Positions 34,768 through 44,221 of a stretch of DNA of 64,000 nucleotides are shown piece after piece. The translations under genes and the position numbers were made by a program. Numbering within the stretch: position 1 is the first letter of the stretch; each line of letters begins with the position of its first letter. The notes beneath the pieces are model-generated. The model was not told the DNA's origin. It was given only the letters and a program-made list of their open reading frames with translations, and did no database searches. Origin of the DNA: Archaeoglobaceae archaeon (GTDB lineage Archaea; Halobacteriota; Archaeoglobi; Archaeoglobales; Archaeoglobaceae); NCBI GenBank assembly GCA_027028145.1, contig JALVJV010000010.1:6979-70978 (forward strand), given 5' to 3'.

Positions 34768-36081
34768 TCACCTCGGATCCTGCAACCAACTCACTATATC
34801 CTTTCTTGCCAATTCAACATCATACCTTAGCAGAATTCTATCTTCCTCTCTTCTGACCCTCGTAATCTCTTTCAAAAATCCGCTATGAGCGAAGAAGTTT
34901 CTTTTTGGATCACTGGATTTCTTGGGCTTCTGATCGTTTCCAATTGCGTAAAGATCCAACAGCAACTTCTCCCCACTCAATTCCTCAGCTCTTTCTTCGA
35001 TTCCTCTGATGTCTCTCTCCAAAAATCTCGCGTTTACATCCAATCCCAAATTCTCGTAGAGCTCCTTAAACGTCTTAAGAATGCTATTAAGCTCTGGTTC
35101 ATCGATCCTTTCCCTCCAAAAATCAATTATGCTTGAGAGCAACGCAAGTGCGAAGAACGTATTCACGACATTCGTTCCGTTCAATACATTTCTCTTCACG
35201 ATCAGCTTATTTCCTTCCGCGATTATCTTTCTCGACTCTTCGAGCTCTTCAAGGATGTTCAGAAGTTTACTCTCCTTATCTCTGGTATCGATGTCCAAGT
35301 TCAGAATTTCGGGATGATAGAACACGAGCGGAACGTTATACTTTACCGCATTGAAAGCCATCTTAAGCGTTTTCAGATCTTTTGAAAGTTCGTCGAAGAA
35401 TTCTCCATACTTTCTTTGTAACTCTATTCTTTTGTCCCTATCTACACAGATGTCTTTAGGATTTAACTTAGGCAGGCTGAAGAATGCTTTCACATCGAAA
35501 TCGTGTAACTCAACGTTAACCTCCTGACCTTCAACGAAGATCGGTGGAACGTAAGCCAGCTTCAGCGATATTCCACTCTCGCCTTGCAAGATATACCTAA
35601 GCTTCCTGTAAGTTACGTATTTCCTCAAAGCTTCGAGCATGCTTGTGGTGTAGATGTTCTGCCCTGTTGAAACGTCTGCATAAATTTCGTCGATGTTACG
35701 CCTTACGAGCTCCTTGAAGATGTATATTATCGTGTTTTCTACGGAACCTTCAAAGTGTGCAGTGTATTTTCCAGAGTAAATTCCAACCGATGGAATCATC
35801 AAAACATCTGCCTCGACACCGTCCAATAATTCAAGAATTCTCTCCCTAAACGTCTCCCTATCTTTCAGCAACTCAACAGCCCTATCAGTGTCACTTTCAA
35901 TCTTTGTAATCAGACTATCAGGCACCAAAAGGATAATTTCCGCATCTTTACCGCAATCTTTCAACCATTCGTAAATTGCAAGGGATGACAGGCATTCTTT
36001 ATACTCTTTTCCATCAATAACGTATCTGAGAGTCTTGTATCCTTTAGGATCTCCCAAGACCTGAAGTATTGCAGTAGTCAT
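34768..36081 (-). CDS. csx1: Csx1-family CARF-HEPN protein
   Basis: N-terminal Rossmann-like CARF and C-terminal KRNFFAHSG (R-x4-H HEPN motif). 437 aa, co-oriented with cas6. Confidence 0.8.
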   Translation of the reverse strand: MTTAILQVLGDPKGYKTLRYVIDGKEYKECLSSLAIYEWLKDCGKDAEIILLVPDSLITKIESDTDRAVELLKDRETFRERILELLDGVEADVLMIPSVGIYSGKYTAHFEGSVENTIIYIFKELVRRNIDEIYADVSTGQNIYTTSMLEALRKYVTYRKLRYILQGESGISLKLAYVPPIFVEGQEVNVELHDFDVKAFFSLPKLNPKDICVDRDKRIELQRKYGEFFDELSKDLKTLKMAFNAVKYNVPLVFYHPEILNLDIDTRDKESKLLNILEELEESRKIIAEGNKLIVKRNVLNGTNVVNTFFALALLSSIIDFWRERIDEPELNSILKTFKELYENLGLDVNARFLERDIRGIEERAEELSGEKLLLDLYAIGNDQKPKKSSDPKRNFFAHSGFLKEITRVRREEDRILLRYDVELARKDIVSWLQDPR

Positions 36082-36087
36082 ATCAAG

Positions 36088-36888
36088 CTACTTTGTTTTA
36101 TCGTATTTAAGAACTCTTATCTTTCCCAAGCCAGATGTTCTTCCGCCACCTACATTCGAATATTCACCAAAGCTGAGCAGTCTCGATGTGATTCTCGCAA
36201 ATTCCTCGTTGTATGTATCATTTGGGATTGAGAAGTTCACCTCTCCAACGAAACCTACTGACCACAAACCCTTTTTCAGTAATACCTTCTCCGTTCTGAT
36301 ATTGCAACCGGATACGGCAATCCCCCACTCATCGAGCCACTCTCTATACTCCCTTGGCAAGCTTGAAACGTATGCCTCATAGAGTCTCGTCAAACTTCTA
36401 AAGAGAAGTTGCGGAAGCGGTAATGGGACAAATCTGTAATCTAAATTTGGGATTCTAAAATAGCATGGTGTTAGAAACTTTATTCTGAACTTTCTAATTT
36501 CTTCATCTTCAAAATCATCAATGTATCTTACTTCTATTCCATCCAATTCATTGAGCATACCGACAAAGGGTATTCGGTCGATGCTCGTTAAGTATTCCTT
36601 TAAAGCTTCTCCAATCTCCTCAACAAATACTGAGATCGTAAAAGAATACTTTTCACCTTCTACAATCTTTTCAATTGAGTAATTGTTATCCTTAAAGACC
36701 GGAGAAGTTGCGAAAGGTGCTAATCCCTTGCTAGAGTGAAGTTCCTTAGCTAAGATTCTGTTTATCTTTCTTAAAACCCAGTAGAGAAATCCCCTAACGT
36801 AAGCCCCAGAATACATCCAAAAATATTTCGATTCCGACGCTATGAAATCAATAGTGAAGTAGACTATCATCCCAACTACTGTAAACAA
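36088..36888 (-). CDS. cas6: Cas6 crRNA endoribonuclease
   Basis: C-terminal glycine-rich loop SNVGGGRTSGLGKI. About 260 aa with a duplicated RAMP-like layout. Confidence 0.8.
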   Translation of the reverse strand: MFTVVGMIVYFTIDFIASESKYFWMYSGAYVRGFLYWVLRKINRILAKELHSSKGLAPFATSPVFKDNNYSIEKIVEGEKYSFTISVFVEEIGEALKEYLTSIDRIPFVGMLNELDGIEVRYIDDFEDEEIRKFRIKFLTPCYFRIPNLDYRFVPLPLPQLLFRSLTRLYEAYVSSLPREYREWLDEWGIAVSGCNIRTEKVLLKKGLWSVGFVGEVNFSIPNDTYNEEFARITSRLLSFGEYSNVGGGRTSGLGKIRVLKYDKTK

Positions 36889-37087
36889 TCAAAACTTAAA
36901 AAACTATCTTGAAAGTAGTTTCGAAGATCATCAATTAAAGTATATAACCTTATGAAATAATATTCAATTTTATAGCAAAACTTAGCTTAGTCGTGATATT
37001 ACATTAATGCATAAATATTTAAATTATTCTATCAACAGTATTGCATCATTACCCTTAGCTTCATTTGTTTTGAATGTAAAGTGAGCT

Positions 37088-37480
37088 TTAATCCCTCAAC
37101 GGATCGACCCTTACAACCCCTTCAACCTCGTCGAAAAGACGGTCGGTTGACAAAATTCTTTCTCCCTCCAAAATCGTATGAGCTAAATGAATAGAATCGA
37201 AGATATTCAGTTTGGGATATTTGGCTAAGAGCTCTGTCGATTTAATCAAAACGTCCTCCGTCAGTGGTAGAATTTTCAGTCCGAGAGGTTTAATTCTCTC
37301 CATCACCTTAACAGCCTCGTTTCTTCCTTCCTCTCGAAATAGGACAATCTGACACTCCACAATTGTGATAGCTGATGTTTTCAACTCTACATCGATCTTC
37401 GAAAGCTTACGCTTGACGATTTCTTTGAGCCAGTCCCTCTCCTTAATCTGTGAGAGAACGATGTCGGTGTCAAGATACAC
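37088..37480 (-). CDS. vapC: PIN-domain toxin (VapC-like)
   Basis: MYLDTDIVLS..., IFDSIHLAHT. 130 aa, overlaps the upstream RHH gene. Confidence 0.8.
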   Translation of the reverse strand: MYLDTDIVLSQIKERDWLKEIVKRKLSKIDVELKTSAITIVECQIVLFREEGRNEAVKVMERIKPLGLKILPLTEDVLIKSTELLAKYPKLNIFDSIHLAHTILEGERILSTDRLFDEVEGVVRVDPLRD

Positions 37481-37727
37481 CCTTTTCCCTCCTTTCGAGT
37501 CTCTCCTTGATCATCTCATAAGCGTAATCCTCTGCCAGCTTGTGGATTCCCTTTTCGAAGAGAACGACAAGACGTGCTCCGTATCTGAGTGCTTCAGACC
37601 TAGATGAAAATTTCTTTTTCTTAACGAGCTCGTCTATTTCCCTAACAAGCTCCTTCGGAAGCGATACTGGAACTACAACCCTCTCCTCTGCCATTAGTTC
37701 TATTCTTATACCATTGTATATAACCAT
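37470..37727 (-). CDS. vapB: Ribbon-helix-helix (CopG-like) antitoxin
   Basis: VPVSLPKELVREIDELVKKKKFSSRSEALRYGARLVV. 85 aa. Confidence 0.75.
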   Translation of the reverse strand: MVIYNGIRIELMAEERVVVPVSLPKELVREIDELVKKKKFSSRSEALRYGARLVVLFEKGIHKLAEDYAYEMIKERLERREKGVS

Positions 37728-37815
37728 GATGTTTGCAAACTTAAAATTTCACAATCTTAGCATGAAGATCTCGGGCGCTTCAGTCTAGCTTATATAACAC
37801 CCACATAAAAATCAC

Positions 37816-37969
37816 ATGAGTCTACTTTACTTTCCAAGGAAAGCAGGAGAATATCGAGAAGGCTAAGAGGTATTGCAGAATGCTCGTGGACATGGGCTAC
37901 ATCCCAATAGCCCCTCACATCTACTTTTCCCAGTTCATGGACGATCACAATCCTGAAAAAGCGGAATAG
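37816..37969 (+). pseudogene. Frameshifted remnant of a small phage/plasmid-type gene
   Basis: MSLLYFPRKAGE, then a frame change to NIEKAKRYCRMLVDMGYIPIAPHIYFSQFMDDHNPEKAE. The motif resembles a family I recall as DUF4406-like. Truncated. Confidence 0.3.
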
Positions 37970-38136
37970 ATCTTGTTCTAATAGCTTTTGCGTCAATTCT
38001 TAAACCCGCACGTGCTTCTAGGATTAGCTCCATGAGAGTCGGCATGATTGCAAAGATAGTTTCTTAATATAAATTAAAAATTTGGATAATGTTCGGCACA
38101 AGGTTTTTATATCGTCGCAATTAGATTCTATCGATT

Positions 38137-38240
38137 CCCGCCTTAGCTCAGTCTGGCAGAGCGCGGGCCTGTAGTTTGCCGGCCCCCAGTGGCTGGGGGC
38201 AGAGAGCCCGGGGTCCCCGGTTCAAATCCGGGAGGCGGGA
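38137..38240 (+). tRNA. tRNA-Tyr(GUA) with a 30-nt intron at the canonical 37/38 position
   Basis: C1-G72 acceptor CCCGCCT/AGGCGGG and anticodon stem CGGGC/GCCCG. The loop is CTGTAG, then the intron (38175-38204, TTTGCCGGCCCCCAGTGGCTGGGGGCAGAG), then A. T-arm CCCGG TTCAAAT CCGGG. Confidence 0.85.
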
Positions 38241-38335
38241 CTAATTCCTTTGATTCAATCCCTTCTTTTACCTTCACTTATCTTGGTGTCGATTTCGATA
38301 CGAAAACTAATAAAAAATTGGAATGATCCTCTAAA

Positions 38336-39772
38336 TTACCTTTTGGTCATGATTCCTCTGATTATTCCGGTGTATTCCTTAAGCGGCTTACTCATCTTCA
38401 GTCCTTCTCCTTCTCCGATTTCCAAAACTCTGATCGATCTTTCGTGGTTTCCGAATCTGTTCTTCACTACCGAAATCGTCTTTACGAGCTCCCCTTCGAT
38501 TTCCATAAACCTTCCGCAGATCAGGTAATCTGCATACGGACTTAATCCCAAGCCCGTGAGACGGAACACGCCTAAGGCTTCCGCGACCTCGTCTATGCAG
38601 ATGAACACCGATCCCATATCTCTGAGCTGAACTCTTATCATCCTCAAGGTCTTCGATAGCTCTTCTGGTGTCAGCGCGATGTCGGAGAGGTAGTTGATCG
38701 GATCTATCGCCACGATCTTGGGCTTTAGCATCTTAACGTCGTTCATGATCATGCTGTAAAACTTACCCAAACTTATCTCGGTTGAAACTTCTCTGATCAC
38801 GAGGTTCTTCGGTTCGTAGCCGAACAGAGTCTTGAGTCTGTGCATCAGAAGTTCTTTAGTCTCGTCGAAGGTGTAGAGTATTCCCACATCCCCTCTGATG
38901 TCGTTCTCCTTAAGTATCTGAAGGCAGATGTTCGTCTTTCCGACTCCGCTCTTCCCGGCGATTATTACGCTCGCTCCTTCGTAAATTCCGCCGCCGAGCA
39001 TTAGATCCAACTCTCTGTTGCCCGTTGAGAGCAACTTTCTGTCTTCTATTGCTTTCCTCTCGCTGATCATCGGAACGATCGGATACACCACGATACCTCT
39101 CCGAGTTATGTCGAAGTAGTGCCTTCCCAAATGTGCATCCCCACCTCTGTATTTCAAAACGTGCAGAACTCTGAGCACCTCTCCGTCTTTCCTCTCTATC
39201 CTCTCCAAGACGAATTCACCGCTTGTAACGTAGCTGATGATGTCTTTTCCGAATTCTGCGGTCATGTCGCAAGACATGAGTGTAGTGGCCTTTATGGAGT
39301 TAAGGAAGCACGCAATCGAAACTAAAATCCTCCTCGAAATTATCGGATCCTTCGTAAGATCCCTCAACGCCCCGATTCCGTCTATAAAAACCCTGTCGAT
39401 TGCTTCCATTTCCTTTATCTTCGTAATTGACTCGACGAAGCTCGCGATCTCCGCAGTCGTGTCGAAGTCGTAGAACATTATGTTGCTACCGATTACGTCC
39501 AACTCCCTAACCTTGTCGATTACGTGAAGTCCTTCCAAATCCCACCCGAAATCCTCAGCTTGTAGCTTTATCTCTTCAGCCGTCTCATCAAAAGATATGT
39601 AGGCGCACTTTTCTCCTCGCCTTAAACCCTCCATCAAGAACTGAAGTCCGAAAATAGTTTTACCACTTCCAGGCGTTCCTTTAATTAAGTAAGCCCAACC
39701 CTTTCTTAAACCACCCTTCAGGACTTCATCGAATCCCGGAATCCCGGTTGGAACTTTTTCCATGACTTTCAC
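38336..39772 (-). CDS. KaiC-like double RecA-domain ATPase
   Basis: Two Walker A sites (IKGTPGSGKT, IAGKSGVGKT) and GIPGFDEVLKGG. 478 aa. Confidence 0.85.
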   Translation of the reverse strand: MKVMEKVPTGIPGFDEVLKGGLRKGWAYLIKGTPGSGKTIFGLQFLMEGLRRGEKCAYISFDETAEEIKLQAEDFGWDLEGLHVIDKVRELDVIGSNIMFYDFDTTAEIASFVESITKIKEMEAIDRVFIDGIGALRDLTKDPIISRRILVSIACFLNSIKATTLMSCDMTAEFGKDIISYVTSGEFVLERIERKDGEVLRVLHVLKYRGGDAHLGRHYFDITRRGIVVYPIVPMISERKAIEDRKLLSTGNRELDLMLGGGIYEGASVIIAGKSGVGKTNICLQILKENDIRGDVGILYTFDETKELLMHRLKTLFGYEPKNLVIREVSTEISLGKFYSMIMNDVKMLKPKIVAIDPINYLSDIALTPEELSKTLRMIRVQLRDMGSVFICIDEVAEALGVFRLTGLGLSPYADYLICGRFMEIEGELVKTISVVKNRFGNHERSIRVLEIGEGEGLKMSKPLKEYTGIIRGIMTKR

Positions 39773-40024
39773 CTTATTACAATTATTATTCCAATTATGA
39801 TCAAAGCTGTTGATAGTAAAGCGATGCTACTTAAAATTTTTGGTGTGACTTTTTTATTAAAAAATTCAAAGAAAGAACTGCGAGATCGTCTCGGTTTAAC
39901 AAAGGATATATAACTTTAATTCCGATGAAAAAACGTCGTCAATACTTTTAACACACATCGCAACTTTGCTACCGCATTTCGGCTCAGAAGGATAAATTTA
40001 AAAGCACAAAATCGTCGTAACGCT

Positions 40025-40174
40025 ATGCAAGTAAAATTGATCGTAGACGGTAAGGAAATTCCGCTAAACCGCTATGTTCAATCCGTGTTCGGCAGTGTTA
40101 TCTTGGCTTTGATTTCAACGCTGAAAGGGGTTGATGAGGGTTGGAAGGTCGTAAGGATAGAGATCAAAAGGTAA
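40025..40174 (+). CDS. Small ORF (49 aa), function unknown
   Basis: ATG 40025 to TAA 40172-40174: MQVKLIVDGKEIPLNRYVQSVFGSVILALISTLKGVDEGWKVVRIEIKR. Below the track cutoff. It overlaps the annotated hisC start. Confidence 0.3.
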   Translation: MQVKLIVDGKEIPLNRYVQSVFGSVILALISTLKGVDEGWKVVRIEIKR

Positions 40175-41247
40175 CGGATAAGCTCAGAGAGAACGTGAAA
40201 AGAATTCCCGAATACGTTCCGGGTAAAAGCGTAGATGAAGTGAAAAGGTTGTTCGGGCTAAAGAAGGTCGTAAAGTTGGCTTCGAACGAAAATCCATACG
40301 GAGCGAGTCCGAAAGCGTTAGAGATCTTAAGGAGATTCGATAAACTTCACGTATATCCGAGTCCCAACGAAGTCGAAGAGCTAATCGAAAGGATATCAGA
40401 ATACTTGGGAGTTGAAGAGGAGAGAATCGTAATCGGAGCGGGAATCGACGGAATACTCGAAAACGTTTTTAAGATGTTCGTAGATCCGTCGGATGAAGTT
40501 ATAATTCCGATTCCGTCGTTTCCTTACTACCACACGCTGGCATCTGTGATGAACGCCAAGGAAATCCGAGTTAAAAGAAAAGGGGATTTCAGAATTGACG
40601 AAGAATCGATAATTGGCTCCGTAACCGACAGAACGAAAATAGTAATCGTGTGTTCTCCGAACAACCCTACGGGAAACGTTGAAGATGTGGATGCCGTTAG
40701 GGCGATAGTGGAAAGCTGTAACGCATTGGTTTTCATAGATGAGGCTTATGCGGAGTTTGCAAGCAGAGATCTGATGGAGCTGTCCGAATACGAGAACGTA
40801 GTCGTTGCGAGAACCTTCTCGAAGGCGTTCGGACTTGCGAACTTGAGGATAGGATACGCAGTGATGAGCACGGAACTTAAAAAAGCATACATGAAAGTTA
40901 CGACGCCGTTTCCTGTTTCGTCGATTGCCATCTTAGCGGCGATTGCATCGCTCGAAGATCTGGAGCACATGAAATCCTGCGTTGAAAAGATAAGAGCTGA
41001 GAGGGAAAGGCTCTACCATGAACTGAAAAACAGAGTCAGGGTTTATCCTTCCGAAGCGAACTTTCTCTTCTTCGAATCGCATATGAAATCTTCAGAGCTT
41101 GCCGAGGAGTTGATGAAGAGGGGAGTTATAGTTAGGGACTGCTCGAAGTTCGTAGGATGCAGTCCGTTTAGCGTAAGGGTTAGCGTTGGAAGGAGAGAGG
41201 AGAACGACGAATTTCTGAGAGCTTTGGATGATGTCCTAAGGGGTTGA
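40141..41247 (+). CDS. hisC: Histidinol-phosphate aminotransferase
   Basis: IPEYVPGKS, LASNENPYG and SKAFGLANLRIGY (PLP-Lys). The start is uncertain: TTG 40141 or GTG 40195. Confidence 0.88.
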   Translation: MEGRKDRDQKVTDKLRENVKRIPEYVPGKSVDEVKRLFGLKKVVKLASNENPYGASPKALEILRRFDKLHVYPSPNEVEELIERISEYLGVEEERIVIGAGIDGILENVFKMFVDPSDEVIIPIPSFPYYHTLASVMNAKEIRVKRKGDFRIDEESIIGSVTDRTKIVIVCSPNNPTGNVEDVDAVRAIVESCNALVFIDEAYAEFASRDLMELSEYENVVVARTFSKAFGLANLRIGYAVMSTELKKAYMKVTTPFPVSSIAILAAIASLEDLEHMKSCVEKIRAERERLYHELKNRVRVYPSEANFLFFESHMKSSELAEELMKRGVIVRDCSKFVGCSPFSVRVSVGRREENDEFLRALDDVLRG

Positions 41248-41317
41248 TATCGGATCAGCCGTATGTCAGAACGGAGCTAACAACAGTTATATATCTACTC
41301 CCCGAAATCATTGTGAT

Positions 41318-42211
41318 ATGACGAATGCGATTCCCAAGAAACTGTTGAAGGATCTTAAGGGATATGCAATCGTGGGCAGGCATTCAGCCGTAAAAACCTG
41401 CTTCTGGCTTAAGAAATCGCTGAAGAATGAAGGATTCTGCTACAAGCAGAAGTTTTACGGTATCCAATCACACCGTTGCCTTCAGATGACTCCCGCTTTG
41501 ATGTGCAATCAGCACTGCGTTTACTGTTGGCGCCCCCTCGAACTGCTTACGAAGGTTGAGGGCTGGGATTCTCCGGAGTTCATAGTTGAGGAATCGATAA
41601 AAGCACAGAGGAAACTTTTGAGCGGATTTTGGGGGAATCCGGATGTCGATAGGAAGAAGCTTGAAGAGGCATACGATCCTAATCAGGCGGCGATAAGCCT
41701 CATCGGTGAGCCGACTCTGTATCCGTATTTGCCGGAACTCGTCGAGGAGTTCAAAAAACGTGGATTCACGACTTTTGTAGTTTCGAACGGAACGAATCCG
41801 GAGATGATCGAGAAAGTAGAGCCGACCCAGTTATACATCAGCCTAACGGCTTACGATGAGAACAGCCATCTCAGGCTTAATAGGCCTATAAAGAGCTTCT
41901 GGGATAGGATAAATCAATCTCTGAAGATCTTAAGCGAGAAGGATTGCAGAACGGTGATCAGGTTAACGCTCATTAGGGGTTACAACATGTATCCCGAGAA
42001 GTTCGCTCCGCTCATCGAGAAAGCTTCCCCGATGTTCGTCGAAGCCAAAGCCTACATGTATTTAGGCTATTCGAGGCTTAGACTTCCGCCGGATGCTATG
42101 CCGGAGCATGAAGACGTTAAGATGTTTGCCGAGGAACTCGCAAAACTTACGGGCTACGAGATAGTCAACGAATCTGCAGTGAGTAGGGTCGTTCTGCTAA
42201 GGAAACCCTAA
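41318..42211 (+). CDS. taw1: tRNA 4-demethylwyosine synthase (Taw1/TYW1, radical SAM)
   Basis: CNQHCVYCWRP radical-SAM cluster and N-terminal KTCFWLKKS / CYKQKFYGI Cys motifs. 297 aa. Confidence 0.85.
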   Translation: MTNAIPKKLLKDLKGYAIVGRHSAVKTCFWLKKSLKNEGFCYKQKFYGIQSHRCLQMTPALMCNQHCVYCWRPLELLTKVEGWDSPEFIVEESIKAQRKLLSGFWGNPDVDRKKLEEAYDPNQAAISLIGEPTLYPYLPELVEEFKKRGFTTFVVSNGTNPEMIEKVEPTQLYISLTAYDENSHLRLNRPIKSFWDRINQSLKILSEKDCRTVIRLTLIRGYNMYPEKFAPLIEKASPMFVEAKAYMYLGYSRLRLPPDAMPEHEDVKMFAEELAKLTGYEIVNESAVSRVVLLRKP

Positions 42212-42237
42212 AATACAACCTGATAAATTAAGGAGTA

Positions 42238-43194
42238 ATGCTTAACCGAATAAAATTCGATGAGATCGTCAAAGCTCTAAAAGAGAAAAACGCTAAGATC
42301 GTCGGCATTCAACTGCCGGACGGTTTGAAGTATAAGTGCGATGAGATCGCGAAGTGCTTCGAGTCGCACGGCTTTAAGGTTATAATTTCGGGCTCCGGCT
42401 GTTACGGGGCATGCGATATCGATTTGGATCTGCTTAAGGAGGTCGACATTCTTATCCACTTCGCCCACACACCTATTTTCGAATTCGAGAACGTTATCTA
42501 CGTTCCGTATTTCGTGGAATACGATCTTGAAGATTTAAAGCACTTGAAGATCGAAGAAAAGAGTTTAGCCCTCATAGCGTCGGTTCAATACGCATGGAAG
42601 CTTGAGGATGTGAAGAGGGTTCTGGAGGAGAGAGGCTACAGGGTCGAACTTAAAAAAGGTAGCGGTAGGGTCAAGATGCCCGGGCAGGTGTTGGGTTGCA
42701 ACTACACGGTGCTCAGGGATTCCAAAGCCGAAGCCGTTCTGTTCATAGGCGACGGACTTTTCCACCCGATAGGAGCTAAGATATACACGGGCAAGAAGGT
42801 TTACAGGTTTAGCCCGCTCGACAAGGAATTTGAGGAAGTTGAGGTCGAAGATTTCTTGAAGAGGAGGATGCTGAGCGTTTCGAAGGCGATGGAGGCTGAT
42901 AAGGGTGCAATACTGGTCAGCAAGAAGGTCGGGCAGAAGAGACTTAGTTTAGCCTTAAGGCTTAAGGAGGAAGCGGATAAGGTTGGAAAACGCGTCGATG
43001 TAATTTACTTGGATGAAATTACGCCGGAAAAACTTTCGAACTTCTTATACGGATACTACGTAAATACAGCCTGTCCGAGGATAAGCTACGACGACTTCGA
43101 ACTGTTCAAGGTTCCCATTCTAACTCCGCAGGAATTCGAAATTCTGCTCGGGCTGAGAAGCTGGGAAAAATATGAGATGGACGAGATCATCTGA
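42238..43194 (+). CDS. dph2: Diphthamide biosynthesis enzyme Dph2
   Basis: About 318 aa with a three-domain layout: GIQLPDGLK, YGACDI, NTACPRI. Confidence 0.82.
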   Translation: MLNRIKFDEIVKALKEKNAKIVGIQLPDGLKYKCDEIAKCFESHGFKVIISGSGCYGACDIDLDLLKEVDILIHFAHTPIFEFENVIYVPYFVEYDLEDLKHLKIEEKSLALIASVQYAWKLEDVKRVLEERGYRVELKKGSGRVKMPGQVLGCNYTVLRDSKAEAVLFIGDGLFHPIGAKIYTGKKVYRFSPLDKEFEEVEVEDFLKRRMLSVSKAMEADKGAILVSKKVGQKRLSLALRLKEEADKVGKRVDVIYLDEITPEKLSNFLYGYYVNTACPRISYDDFELFKVPILTPQEFEILLGLRSWEKYEMDEII

Positions 43195-44041
43195 TTTTCC
43201 TCCAGATTAAAGCGATGGCTAAAGCGATCGTGCAAGCGGTAATTTCGAAACCGGGCGCTTTCGTCTTGGTATAGGGGATCGGCTCCGGTGTCCTCACGAA
43301 TTCGCTGACCTCGAACTTAACCTTCTTTTCGGTTGTTTCCTTCGGAATCGTTTTCGTCGGAGCTAAATTCAGGTATTCAATCCAAGTTTTCAGCAGAGAT
43401 CCGTTTCTCCAAGCCTCAAGCTTCACCACGTAGTTGTAATCCTTCGGAACGGTCAGATTACTTTCGATGATTGCCGTCTTTCCCTTATGTATGTCCGTTC
43501 TCAGCCAGCTTTCATCCGCCAATACGTTCGATTCCGCTTGAATCGCTTTTACGTGGAAAGTTGTATCGTTGTAATCTTCCAAGGACTGAACGTAGAACCT
43601 GACTCTAACATTCACCTTCCCATCGTTTACACCCACAACCTGAAAATCTACATCCTTCAAAGTCACCTTAAGTCGTTTGTCTTTCGGAATTAAATTATCT
43701 AAACCAGATAGGGACATAATCCTCGCATCGGCGATCTTATTGTCTTTTACGATCAAAAACTTCAGTCTGTAGCTTCTATCTTTTTCGAACGATAACGTAG
43801 CGTCGATCTCGTTTAATCCTTCAGTCCGTCTTTCCGGGATCTTAACTTCATACCTACGGAGCAGTAAGTTCGTCCCCCTATCGTAAACGTAGATGCGCAA
43901 GGTGGCGTTTTTGACGATTTCAGATCTGTAGACCGTGACTATGAATTCCAGCGTTGCGTGACTATCGTTAACGTCCTTAACCATCATATCTATATTTTTA
44001 ATATATAAATTCCGGAGCTTTCTTTCCGTAAGCGACGGCAA
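43187..44041 (-). CDS. PGF-CTERM-anchored surface protein; N-terminal signal anchor appears to lie in another frame
   Basis: C-terminus KAPGFEITACTIALAIALIWRKIR. The ORF as drawn starts at TTG and has no signal peptide. Confidence 0.6.
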   Translation of the reverse strand: MPSLTERKLRNLYIKNIDMMVKDVNDSHATLEFIVTVYRSEIVKNATLRIYVYDRGTNLLLRRYEVKIPERRTEGLNEIDATLSFEKDRSYRLKFLIVKDNKIADARIMSLSGLDNLIPKDKRLKVTLKDVDFQVVGVNDGKVNVRVRFYVQSLEDYNDTTFHVKAIQAESNVLADESWLRTDIHKGKTAIIESNLTVPKDYNYVVKLEAWRNGSLLKTWIEYLNLAPTKTIPKETTEKKVKFEVSEFVRTPEPIPYTKTKAPGFEITACTIALAIALIWRKIR

Positions 44042-44111
44042 GAACGAGAGCGACAGCTACCAGCATCGCAACGATCGCTAAACCCAACACTACCCTCCTA
44101 TCACTTTTCAT
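43998..44111 (-). other. 37-codon ORF encoding a signal-anchor-like peptide, offset by one frame from the downstream PGF-CTERM ORF
   Basis: ATG 44111-44109: MKSDRRVVLGLAIVAMLVAVALVLAVAYGKKAPEFIY stop. It overlaps the 5' end of ORF 43187-44041. Confidence 0.55.
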
Positions 44112-44221
44112 GATGGATTTCGGAATTTTATTTAAATTTTTTGTATTTATTTTATACCTTTTTTGTGCCACCCTACACAGTTCGGCAAAGTAATTTATAC
44201 GTCGCAGTTTATCGAAATCAG

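Noticed and set aside
39769-39915. Apparent small TM peptide (…ILSSIALLSTALIIIGIIIVIR) ending at the KaiC-like gene start
   Set aside because: On codon-by-codon check the frame is closed by TAA at 39918-39916. It contains no ATG or GTG start and only one late TTG, so there is no credible initiation site.
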